Notes under the pieces: model-generated
Seen by the model: only the letters and a program-made list of their open reading frames with translations
Databases searched by the model: none
Told to the model about the DNA's origin: nothing
DNA from: Callorhinchus milii
Lineage: Eukaryota
Assembly (NCBI RefSeq): GCF_018977255.1
Contig: NW_024704743.1
Location: forward strand, 1,302,001 to 1,366,000
Direction: 5' to 3'
DNA length: 64,000 bases
Made by a program: the position numbers and the translations under genes
Shown: positions 39,301 to 50,075 of the stretch, one piece after another
How the letters are laid out: each line of letters starts with the position of its first letter
Position numbering within the stretch: the first letter of the stretch is position 1

Positions 39301-42300
39301 CTCGAGTGATCCCTGCTGTACCTTCTTCTGCTGCGGCTTCTGCTGTAACTGCGTGATCTGCAAATTAACCCACAGCCACAAAAAACAATAATAAATAAAT
39401 TGGTCACTTTCAATCCAGGACGGTGTGGGATGCTGCTGTGCGCACTTGGCTGCTGCTCCCGGCCCACAAAACACCCAGTCACTACACTCAACGATGTCAC
39501 AAGGCGCTCCATCAAATACGAGGATGAAAGTTTACCATCTGAACTGCTTGTCTGGAATACATTCCCTCTCTCCCTCCTCCCCACAGCGGAAAGAAAACTA
39601 TTCTCCAGGGAAGCGTGTTGGTAATTAATTAAACTTAGTTGACTTACAGACGCCTGACAAAATTAGCTGATCTCATCTAGACCTGACTTACTGTAAGGGC
39701 ATTAAGTATGGAGAAAGGGAGGGGAAATGGGATTAAAGGATTTACCGCGATTTAATAAACTCAGTGGCCCCCTCCGTTTCCTATCCCCTCCTGCAGTTTT
39801 AACCAGCGGACGGCGTAAACATCGTACAGAACTTGGAAACGGCCTGGCTCAGCGGTAACGCTCTCGTTTCCGAGTCAGAAGGTTGCGGGCAGCTGTGTCC
39901 CTCAAACAGTCGTGGGTTGAGTGACCATTCCGGCTTACCGCTAGGTACACATAGTAAGGAAACGGGCCTAAGGTTTCGCCCCCGAAGCAACCCGGGTCCT
40001 CTCTCTTTGTGGGGGACGTCGCTGTGCGCAATCGGCTGCCGCGTTTCGCCCACAAAATACACAGTCAATTCACCTTACAGTGTAACCCGTGAAGCGCTTT
40101 GAGACGTCTCAACAGCCTGATAAGGCGTTGGGTCAAATGCCAGGATTATTAATATTATTAATATTATTATTACGTATTGAACCCACAACCCCGGACCTAA
40201 CGTTCGAAAAAGCGAATTTAAAATAAAAAAAGGATTTAAAAGTGCATCAAAACGTTCAAAGTTAACAAAGAATACGAAACCCAACGTCGAAGCGAATAAA
40301 AATCTAAATATGTCCTAAACCCATCCGAAAAAAAAAATCCCACACAAATCCACGTGACAGTACATTCTGCCAAGCTTCGAGACAGCTCCGTGGTCCTATA
40401 GTATAGACGCGTGATTATTATTATTACTATTATTATTATTATTAGCCATAATCGGTACTAATTGTTATTAGCATTGGCCAATGTCCGTGTCAGCCTGGAC
40501 TGTGAGCTCAGACTCGCACACACAGCACGGAGAGAGAGAACCCACCTGGACGACGAGCTGTAACTCCGCGAGCGGCTCCTGGATTGGCTGAAGGACCGGG
40601 AGCGTGTGCGGGAATGGCTGGCGTCGCGGGAGGTGGAGCGGTAGTGCCCGCGGGACGTGCTGCGGCTGCTGGACCTGCGCTTGCCGTCCCTGGAGGGGAA
40701 GCCCTCCTCGCTGGAGGAGCTCTCCCGATTCCTCTGCCGCTGGTTCAGTCGGGCCGTCCTCCGCACCTCGTCGAACAGCGAGCCCGGCTTGACCCGGCGC
40801 TTGCTCTTGATCTCGATCTTCAGCCCCGGGGGCTTCTGATCGGCCTGGGAGGCCTCGGTCTTGGTCTCGGCCACCACTTTGGGGCTGCCTCTCGCTCCGG
40901 CACCGGCTGCGGCTGGGGCTCCGGCCAGGGCCAGGGCCGGGGCCGGGAGACCCTTCAGGGGCTTCCACTTGCCGCTGTCGGCTGCCTCCGGGCCCTCTTT
41001 GCCTTTGGCCTTGAGCTCGGTCTCCGCCACGGCTCCGTTCACGTCCTGCGGTTGGGGAGCCTGGCCCACCTCCTGCTGGTTCTTGCCGCGTTTGACCTCC
41101 TGGACCCCAGACCCGGCCGGCGTTCCCGGGAACGCCTCCCGCTGGCCGCGGCCGGGGGCCACTGGGGGGGTGGTGGCCGTGGTCGTGCTGGCGGGGGTGC
41201 TGGGCGGTGGCGGCGGTGGTGGGGGGCTGCTCCTCTCCAGGCTCGGCGGGAGCTTGGGGCCCTGCTGGGGGGACTTCCTCTTGTCCGCCCCTTTCTGGGG
41301 GGGTTCGGGTTTGCTGGGGGCCGCGCGGGGCGACGCCGGACCCCGCTTTAGCCCCGAGCTGCTGCCCTTGGGGGTCTCGGGAGGGCGGGCGTTCTCCTGG
41401 CTCGGGGGCTCGTGATCCGGCGAAGAATTGGCCACGATGCTCTCGGCTTTACTCCTCGCGGCTGCACCTCCACCTTTACCCTTGCCCTCGGCCTTCACCT
41501 TCACCTCCTCCTCGTCCTCCTCTCCGAACTCCAGGGGCGGCTGCCAGTGAAACCTCTCCTTCAGCCTCTCCACCTTCTTGTCCTTCTTCTTCTTCTTCTT
41601 CCTCTTCTCGCTGCTCTTCCTCACCTTGCCGCCCTGTGACTTGGACCTCTTCTTCCTCTTGACCTTGCGTCTCAGCTTCTTCCTCCTCCTCCTCCTCCTC
41701 CTCCGCCGCTTCCTCGCCCCCTCGCTCCCGGAGACGCCCGACTCCTCCGAGCTGCCGTGGGCCGTGGACTTCCGGCTCTCGGAGTCAGAGGCGGAGGAGG
41801 CCGGGGATGAGCTGGGGGTGGGCGACCGGGGCTGGGACCTGGGTCGCTTGGCGGGACACCCTCGCTCGGCCTGTACTACTCCCACTGCTTTCTGCGCAAC
41901 CTCTCCCTCCTCCTCCTCCTCCTCGCCGCCGGACCCGGTCTTCGCTTTGCTGCTCTTGCCGCCCTCTCTCTCCCTCCCCCTCTCGGCCTCGGTCTCGCTC
42001 GGTGACCTGCTCCGCTTGTGGCTCCTCTTCGAGGCCGTCCCCCCTTTGCCCTCGCGGCTGAGCTCTGCGGGCGGGACGCTCGGCTCGTCCCTCGCGGTGG
42101 TGGGCCTGTCAGGCCGCGGGGGAGCTGGCCGGCTGGGAGGTGCCGTGACCTTGGCCTCCGGGGGTCCCTCTCTGGCGACGGGGTCCCTGTCGGACACTCC
42201 GTCCCCTCGGCGCTCGCTCTTCTTCCCCTTCTTCTCGCGCCTATCGGGCTGAGGGCTCGGCCTGTTGCTCGTCCTCTGGGATTCTCCCGCCTCCCTCCCC

Positions 42301-45300
42301 CTCTCTCGGTCGCCTCGGCTGGAACAATCCGACGAGGCCCCCGGGGTTTGCTTATTCTTCCCTCGCTGCTTCCCGTCGCCCCCCTTGGCCGCAGGTTCAG
42401 GTTCGGGTTCAGGGATCGGAGTTGGGTCTTTAACGCGTTTCCGAGGCTCCGAGCTCCTGTTCCTGCGAACGCCAGGCTGATCGTCCTCGCTGTGCGCCAG
42501 CCCCTCCTCCTCCTCCTCCTCGGACTCCGAGCGACTGGATGACTTGGAGGAGGAGGAGGAGGAGTTCTCCCGGCGACACTGGGACTTGCCGGGCGTCCGG
42601 GACCGGGAACTGCTCCTCGAGGCCGAGCGCGAGCGGCTCCTGGAGAGGGAGCTGAGCTCTCTGCTCCTCGAGCTCTTCCGGTAGTCCGAGCTGGAACTGC
42701 GGTCGGTGTCGCGGCCCGAGGGGTAGCGGCGCCGGCCGTCGGAATCTTTGGGCCGATGGTCCGAGGAGAGGGAACGGAGCCGGTGGCGACGGTGGTCTCG
42801 GGAGTCCTGGCTGCTGGCTGTTGGCGTGGCCTCGCTCAGCTTGGCCTGGGCTTCCAGCAGCCGCACGTAGGAGGGTTTCCAGGGCTTCTGCCCCGGTCTC
42901 CAGCGCGAGGGGGGCGGGCTCTCGCTCAAAGGCACCGCGCCCGCGGATTCCGCCGCCTTCGCGACCGCCCCTCCCCCGCCCCCTCCCCGAGCCTCCGCCT
43001 TCTCGCTCCCCTTCGAGGCCGCCTCCGGCTTCCCGCGGCCCCGATTCCTGCGGCGCGACCTGGCGTGTCCGGGCGACGCGCTGCGTCCGTACCTGGACGT
43101 GGAGCTGGACCTGGACCTGGACCGGGAGGCGGACCTGCTTCTGGACGAGGTGGAGCTGGAGCTCGATTGGGACCGGGACCGAGACCTGGTGCGAGACCTG
43201 GACTTGGAACGAGAGCGAGACCTGGACTTGGAGCGAGACCGAGACCTGGACTTGGAGCGAGACCTGGACTTGGAGCGAGACCTGGCCCTCGGTCGACACC
43301 TCGACCTCGACCTCTCCTTGGACCGGGACCCGGATTTGGATTTGGATCTGGAACAGGAGACGGTGGCGGCTGAGGAGGATCGCGGGCTGGAGGATCCCGA
43401 CCACTCCCTCGAGGAAGACGAAGATGGATTACTTTTGGCGCGATGGCCCGACACCAAACTGGAGGAGTGGGACGAGTCCACCTCGGCAGGTATGGTGGCT
43501 ACCTTGGCCTTCTCCTTGCCGGCTTTGGGCCTCTTGGCTCGTTTCTGTTTCTTCGATTTCCTCTTCGTCTTGCTTTTCTTCTTCTCCTTCTTTGGCTTCC
43601 CAGGGTGCCTGGATTTGGCCGCGCTCTGATCCTCCGAGTAGTAGCCGTCGTGTGACCAGGATCTTGACCAGGGTGAAAGGCTTCGCTCGTCCCACCGGTC
43701 GGAGTAAGATCTCAATCTGCCGGGGGTGGGGAGTGAGGGATGGGAGGGGGAAAGGAATTATTCCTCGGTTAACAACTTCACGCAGGGGCAGCTCCCGGGA
43801 GCGTGGGGTGGGTGGGGTGGGGAGAGAGGGGGTGACTGTAAACACCGTCAAAAAGGAAGGCCTTTAGGCGCGATTTGAAGGCGGGAAGGGGGCAAAGCGG
43901 AGGGATTGGGAGGGTTCCAGAGTTTCGGGCTGCGAAGCGGCTAAAAGCATCAGCGGTGGAAACGGAGGGCGCGAGGGCTACGAGGCAGAAGGTTCCGTAC
44001 TTGTCTCCTTTGGTCCATTTGTCGACGCTGGAAGCTCTGTACGTCCTCACGCGCTGCATTTCCTCTTTCCAGTGAGGCGGTGTTTCGCTACTCTCTTCTT
44101 CTGGTTCCGACTCCGAATGGCTTCTGGTGCGTGAAGGAGTGCGGTATCGCTGAGCCGGGGAGAGGAGAGAGAGAGAGAGCGGGAGAGAGAGAGAGGCACG
44201 ATCGTTAGAATCCTTTGGACCTGCAATCGCTCGGCTCCTACCTGGTCAGGCTGCCTCTTTCGCACACTGTTACCCACAAATATTAATAATAATAGCCCCT
44301 TGCATTTCACATAAGGCCTTATCGCGGCTTCGAGACGTCTCAATGCGCTTCGCAGTAAAGAGTATATTTTATATATTTTGCGGGCGAAACGCGGCAGCCA
44401 ATCGCGCACAGCAGCGTCCCCACCAACAGCCGTGGATTGAGCATTTTTTTTTAAACAATTATTACTAATTATTAACCCGCCAATCGACTAACAACCGGGT
44501 TCCTACTGACTGCTGGTAAACAGAGGCGCGCGTGTTGAATAAGGAAACTTGCCTGAGCTTTCGCCCCACCAGGGAATCGAACCCGGGCCCTCTCGCTTGC
44601 GAGGCGAGCGCTCCAACCATTGAGCTCCAGGACTAAAAGCCGTAAATACGTACCATTGTGCCTCTGCCTTTAATTTTACGGCCGGATTTTGACACCGCTG
44701 GCTTCTGCTCATTGAGAACAAGCGGTATTTCCTGAACCTTCCTGCAAACGAAAGAAAAACCCTCAGAAATTCAGACCGAAAAAAAAAATTCTGAAATTCT
44801 ACGTCTGACACACGTAGAAACCCATCACCGTCGCTCGAGACCATCCAAACCCAACTGAGAACTCCCCGCCTCCCACCTACACGTGGAAATCCCAGAGAGA
44901 GATTGTTGGAATGGAATGCGCTCTCTCTCTCTCTCCCTGGAGGGACGCCCCCCGCTTACCTAATTCCGGAGAGTATTAGGCGCAGGTTGGCGAGAGCCAA
45001 GGCTTGTGGGGTGGGGTGGGGTGGGGTGGGTTGGGGGGGAGCCCAGAGTGTGTGTTGGGAGTAACTGCTGGAGTCTAACCAGCTAAAACCCACACGCAGC
45101 TCGGCCATTCACGTGCTTCACTTTGCCGGAGACTGTGAACTTGAATCGAAGAGGAATATCTGAAGATGAGTAAAGAGGGTACGAGGATGAGGGATTACAC
45201 CTTAAAAGACAAATTGGTTTAACCCGGGGATGTACAGCTCACTCACAGTTCAGCAGCTGGTTTGGGTAGATCACGTCGGAGAAGAAATCTATTCTCGGGG

Positions 45301-45545
45301 ACAGGGGGGATCTCTTCGGGTCGAACTAATAGCTTCTGTCGTTTCGTGAGTGACTCTTTTTCCTTCTCAAGGTCCTGGTCCACTCCATTGTGGGTGCTGC
45401 TTGGAAAATAAGGATCAACTAAGTTAAACCGTAAACCCCCACAGCCTGGTGGCTAGAGCTCCGGCCTCGCAACCGAGAGGACCCGGATTCGATTCCCGGG
45501 CAGGGCGAAACCTTGGGCAAGTTTCCTTCCCCCAAACGCTTCTCC

Positions 45546-45581
<36 letters not shown>

Positions 45582-48500
45582 CAAGAAGCAGGAACCCGGT
45601 CGCTTCAAGATAAATAAAAATAATTTGGTCACTCAATCAACGCCTGTTTGTCGGAGCCTGACTCCAAGCCGGGGGGGGGGGGGGGAGGTGGCCGTAAGCA
45701 CAGTCGAAGAGGACCGTGTGTTTAGTCCTTCAACTGTCTCCCAAGTCGGCCTAACCAGCCTGTAAGGCTCATCAGCTTGAACGACCTCCTTTTCACACAG
45801 TGCCTTTCCAGTGAAAGAAACGCCTCAAAGCGCTATCACAGGATGAAATTAACTAGGAACGAAATGAATGTTCTGCCGGCAAGTGCGGCAGCTAATTTGT
45901 ACCGGCCGACATTATTCAGACAAATTCCCCAGATTACTTGGTCGTTTACTTCATGGCTGCGGGACATTGGGGCGTGCAAATACGCTGCTGCGTTCACCTA
46001 CAAATGCACAGACACGGCGTCTTACGGACAATTCCATTAAGTGCTTTGAGATATTTCAGCTCCGTAAGCGCTGTATAAAATTCATCGCCACCTACGGCTC
46101 GTGGAACGTACTGTTTTGATCAGAGAGTCTAACTTACAGAAAACACAGACACTACACTTCACATTACATCCCGTGAAGCGCTTTGAGAGGTCTCGAAGAC
46201 GTGATAAGGTGCTGTGACAAATGCCAGGATTATTATTATCATCATTATTAGTATTACGTTTGTTCAGCGCCTCCCACATCGGGAGGACGTCCCAAGGCGC
46301 TGGACAGTCAAGGATTTTGACCCGAGCCGGGGGGTTGGGATCAGGAGGGGTGGCGGGCATGGAGCGGAGGGCGAAAGAGGGCGAAGAAGAAGAATTTTTT
46401 TTGGGGGGGGGGCGTAAAAGACAAGCGTAATTCGGAGCAATTCACCTTTGATAACTTTCTTCCGCCCTTCCCCCTTCACCCACTGCGGGTGGTTAAGACG
46501 ATTCTATCCATAACAACTCTCAAAAGGGAATTGGATAGGGACTTGAAACCAACGCGCACTCGCCTCGCAAGCCAGAGGACCTGGGTTCGAATCCCGGGCA
46601 GGGCGAAAACCTTACCCCTTACTCCACAAGCTTCTGTTTACCAAGCAGTTCGGTAGGAAGATGGGTTATTTAGGCGAATGGCTTTTCCGGGCATAATAAT
46701 CCCTCCAAAAAAAATTATTCACTCAATCCACGGCTGTTTGTGGGGACGCTGCTGTGCACAATTGGCTGCCGCCTTTCGCCCACAAAAGGCAGTCTGTATG
46801 CACTTTACAGCGTGTCCTGTGAAGCGCTTTGAGACGCTTCAATTACCTGATAAGGCGCTGTATCAAACGCAAGAATTATTATTATTATATTATTATTATA
46901 AGAAAAAATGAGAAATGCACCTCTTCCTGCCGGAAGACACTCTTCTCCTCTTGGCTTTACTTTCCCTCCGTCTCTTGGCGTGACGGCTTTTCACCCGCCT
47001 TTTCCGCTTTCTCCTGCGGGATCTCTCGTCTTCGGTCTCGCTCTGTGAGTCCGAGGACTCGGGGGAGGTGTCGGAGTCGGAGTCGGAGGAGGTGGTGGGG
47101 GCTGATTCGGGCGAAGAGGAGCGGGCGGCGGTCTTCTTTTTGCGCTCCGCCACTGAAAGGCACCGTAAAGTAACACAGTCAACCCGTGTCGCCAAACATC
47201 TTGCACGGCAAAGCCCCCGCACCGCTAGACCGCTCACCACTGATAACACGGTGCCTTTCGTGTCGGGAGGATACCTCGGCCGAGCTGGGGGGTGGGGGCG
47301 GAGCGCGGAGGGAGGGGGAAAAAGATATACAGCACCTTCACATTGGAGAGCGTGTGGGCAACCTTTTGGCTGCCAAGGGCTGGAGGCCGGATTTGAGCAA
47401 CATCCAGGGAGGTCTATTCAAAGAGGTAGGATTTGAGGCAGAAGTTAAAGACAGAAAGAGGGCGAAGCAAAGTGACAGGAGGGAAGGAGGGAGTTCTAGT
47501 GGTGAGGGACGTAGGAACACAACGACTGGATAACAGGGATCATAGATTATGTGCTTATGCTCCAGCGGATCAGTGAAATTGGTTGCCACGTGGAGGCAAA
47601 TCAATGGTCCTCTCTCTTTCTCTCTCTCTCTCACACACCCACACCACACATTCACCAGACAAGGAGCGACAACAAAGGTTCATCACCTTGGGATGTTCTT
47701 GTGCATCTCCTCTCATCTGGATCTAAAGTGTCATTGGCAGAGGGTTGGAAGAAGGTCACCTGCCCACTCTCCTGGCTGGGAAATGGTGCATGGCAACCTA
47801 AGAAGGTGGACAGTTGGCGGAGGGAGGGAGGGAGGAAGAAAAGAAAAGAGAAGAGAAAGGAAGAAGAGAAGGAAGAAGAAGAAAAAAATATACATTGAAG
47901 AGGTAGCACTTTTCCCCTTCCCAAAACCAAAGCAAACTCACGAAACACAGCAACACTCACCGTTGCTCGCGGATTTGGGTACAAATTGTCCACAGTCAAT
48001 GGTCCTGACGTCAGCATAGGGGCGGCTGGCAGCATCGGTCTTCAAGTCTTCGATTTCCTTGATCACCTCGAAGCCTGTTATCACTTGTCCGAAAACGACG
48101 TGTACTCTGTACCAACACAGAAACCCGCAACACAAGACGATTGGATTCGACAACAGCTTTCAAAAAGTGAATTGGATAGGTACTTGAATGGAAAAACTTT
48201 GCAGGGGTATATGGGGGGGGGGGGGGGGGGGGGGTGATTGGGACTGACTAGGTGACTCCTTCAAAGAGCTGGCACAGGCACGATGGGCCGAATGGCCTCC
48301 TTCTGTGCTGTGATATTCTATGACTGGGGCTCCATGTTAATAATAATAATAATCCTTGCCTTATCACATCGTTGGAATGGAATCTTTTGGAAAGTGGATT
48401 GACTGTGTATTTTGGAGGCGAAACGCGGCAACCACTTGCGCAGTGTCTCTGTCTCACACACATTCGTGGATTGAGTGACCAAATTCTTATTATTTTTCGG

Positions 48501-50075
48501 AGGGATTATTACCCCCAGGAAAGCGATCCGCTAATCGCCTAACAACTGGGTCCCTACTTAATGCTGGGCAAACAAGAGTGTGGACTAAGGAAACTTGCCT
48601 CCTGACCGGGAATCGAACCCAGGTCCTCTAGCTTGTGAGGCGAGCGCTCTCACCACTATGCTAGGGACTCCGTATGTTAGACAACCATGGTAAACAGATT
48701 GGATAGCGTGTTAGCATCAAGTCAGCGAAGAACAAGATTAATTGGTCTCTATGAGCATTATCTGGCAAGTTAATTCTCCTGAGAGTCAACACACCGCAGT
48801 TCAAATCATTTACTATTCAACATGTACCACCTTCACGCTTCAACTAGGTTACGTGTTCTTTGCTGCCGATGGCCTAATTAGAACACGTGGGCCATGGTTT
48901 CTGATCCTGAATCCTGCATTCAAATTGCACTGAACATCATAACAACAGCAAGTACATCTATCTTTCACAAAGACTCCATTCTGAAAAGTGTTAACACTGC
49001 AATAAAAACACTGTAATCCTTGCTTTGATATCGCACCTCATCACACTAAGTCTCTCCACGTCCCGTAAAGCATATTGACTGCGTATTTTGTAGGCAAGTG
49101 CACCAGCCAATTTTGCCCACGGCAAAGCCCAACAAACAGTTACGAGGTGAATGGTCAATTTCTTTTCTCTCCGGTGGGATTTGCTGGCCAGCACATAGGA
49201 GAAACTTTGAATTGTATCATGAGATCTTTAACAAGCAGACGGGACCTCGATATTAAAGCACAGAAGAAGGCCAACCAACCCATCGTATCTCTTTTAAAGA
49301 TCAAGTCCCATTTATCCGCAGAGCAATGTCATTTAATTTGACTATATATCCTCGCCCGGCTCCACTGGTTCACCATCCCCCAGAGGATAGAGTTCAAAAT
49401 CCTAGTCCATGCCTTCAAAGCCCTCCACTGCCTTGCTCCTCCCTACCTCTGTGGCCTGCTAACTCCTGTACGCTCCTTCCGCTCAGAGGGCTCCGGCCTG
49501 CTCCATGTCCCCCCTTCCGGTCCGCCCCCACCATCGGCTATCGAGCCTTCAGCCTCTCTTTTCCCCATTCTTTGGAATTCCATACCACAGTCCCTTTGCC
49601 TCGCTCCATCCCTCGCCTGCTTCAAGACCCGTCTCAAGACCCTCCTTCTCGACGGTGGCTTCAGTCACCCTCCTACGCTCCCTGCACCTCCACCCCTCCT
49701 TATTTCAGGTCCAAATCCCTGACTGTCCAGCGACTTGGGACGTCCTCTCAACGTAACTTCTTGTTGTTATCATAGAAATGAGTTGTTGTGGCTAAATTTG
49801 CAAAATTTCCACTCCGACAAATTGTGTTTCTCCTGTTAAGAGTCACCACAAAATAAAGGACCTCTCTTTATATATATATATATATATATATGTGTTCTCT
49901 AGGTATATTGGAGAACTCTTTGCAGGTGGGGGGGGAAAAATGCGGAGATTATTTTGTGAGCCCAGAATTATTCCCGAAGGCCATTAAGAGTTGACAATTC
50001 CTCGAGTGGGGTGGGGGAAGCAGAGATAAATGAAAATAGTCTTACCTGTCCAGGTGAGGTGCTGGCTTTGTAGTG
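33255..50075 (-). CDS. NKTR: NK-tumor recognition protein (cyclophilin + RS domains), 5'-partial multi-exon CDS: 11 exons, 4288 coding nt in the window
   Basis: Exons splice in frame through GT-AG sites. Peptides match recalled human NKTR throughout: TTKPAPHLD, VHVVFG, LKTDAASRPYADVR, VRPEEIPPVPENRFLLRRD, SKSGRKIKGRGT, SSETPPHWKEEMQR, FHWQPPLEFGEE, PGSLFDEVR and the C-terminal SESSRYS-stop. Confidence 0.97.
33787..33849 (-). CDS. NKTR: NKTR penultimate exon (SDSYDSYDSRSRNHHKSRRS)
   Basis: 63 nt; ctcag acceptor, gtaac donor; phase 2-2. Confidence 0.88.
35450..35509 (-). CDS. NKTR: NKTR small exon (RTYSRSFTRSLSSRSYCWS)
   Basis: Polypyrimidine tract, tandem cag/tag acceptor (60 or 57 nt), gtgcgt donor; RS-rich, phase 2-2. 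Confidence 0.75.
38005..38381 (+). mobile_element. Full-length SINE family A: tRNA-Ala-like head, Deu-type segment, L2-like tail, (TTA)n
   Basis: A box (tagctcagggg) and B box (ggtttgattcc), CA linker, gtttgtgggccctgttgtgcgc, tail gtgaagcgctttgag…aggcgctatatcaaatgcaagg(att)n. Dozens of related copies occur in the window. Confidence 0.9.
39262..39357 (-). CDS. NKTR: NKTR exon (SRSYSRSRSRRRYSRDHSRSHSSSYRSYRSH)
   Basis: 96 nt; ttgcag acceptor, gtaata donor. Confidence 0.93.
   Translation of the reverse strand: MTQLQQKPQQKKVQQGSLEKPQQLLQELQKP
40546..43716 (-). CDS. NKTR: NKTR giant exon (3171 nt), RS-rich and charged disordered region
   Basis: Uninterrupted ORF 40458-43715; gcag acceptor at 43717, gtggg donor at 40545; phase 2-2. 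Confidence 0.96.
44001..44149 (-). CDS. NKTR: NKTR exon (RYRTPSRTRSHSESEPEEESSETPPHWKEEMQRVRTYRASSVDKWTKGDK)
   Basis: 149 nt; ctcag acceptor, gtacgg donor; ETPPHW motif. Confidence 0.95.
44285..44635 (-). mobile_element. SINE family A copy in an NKTR intron
   Basis: Complete head-to-tail match. Confidence 0.85.
44654..44741 (-). CDS. NKTR: NKTR exon (KVQEIPLVLNEQKPAVSKSGRKIKGRGTM)
   Basis: 88 nt; ttgcag acceptor, gtacgt donor; SKSGRKIKGRG motif shared by NKTR/PPIG. Confidence 0.95.
45247..45399 (-). CDS. NKTR: NKTR exon (…LVRPEEIPPVPENRFLLRRDLPKPAAE)
   Basis: Manual translation (not in the ORF track); tandem aag/cag acceptor, gtgagt donor; 153 nt (or 150). Confidence 0.93.
46555..46900 (+). 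mobile_element. SINE family A copy in an NKTR intron
   Basis: 5'-clipped head, body and tail. Confidence 0.85.
46921..47152 (-). CDS. NKTR: NKTR exon (Ser/acidic tract, then basic tract ERSRRRKRKRR)
   Basis: 232 nt; tttcag acceptor, gtgcat donor; phases fit both neighbours. Confidence 0.9.
47961..48106 (-). CDS. NKTR: NKTR exon, end of cyclophilin domain (VHVVFGQVITGFEVIKEIEDLKTDAASRPYADVRTIDCG)
   Basis: 146 nt; tacag acceptor, gtgag donor; cyclophilin HVVFG signature. Confidence 0.97.
48338..48671 (-). mobile_element. SINE family A copy
   Basis: Head, body and tail match. Confidence 0.85.
49350..49775 (+). mobile_element. L2-type LINE 3' fragment
   Basis: ctccactggttcaccatcccccagaggatagagttcaaaatcct… and tail gggacgtcctc…(ttg)n. 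Related pieces lie at 12075-12310, 33446-33780, 43720-43980, 59480-59800, 61560-61910 and 63690-64000. Confidence 0.8.
50046..50075 (-). CDS. NKTR: NKTR 30-nt exon (TTKPAPHLD, cyclophilin domain)
   Basis: aacag|CACTACAAAGCCAGCACCTCACCTGGACAG|gtaag; phase 2-2. Confidence 0.95.

Noticed and set aside
40468..43867. Long antisense and alternative-frame ORFs over the giant exon
   Set aside because: Expected shadows of a GC-rich, repetitive RS-coding exon; no independent homology recognised.
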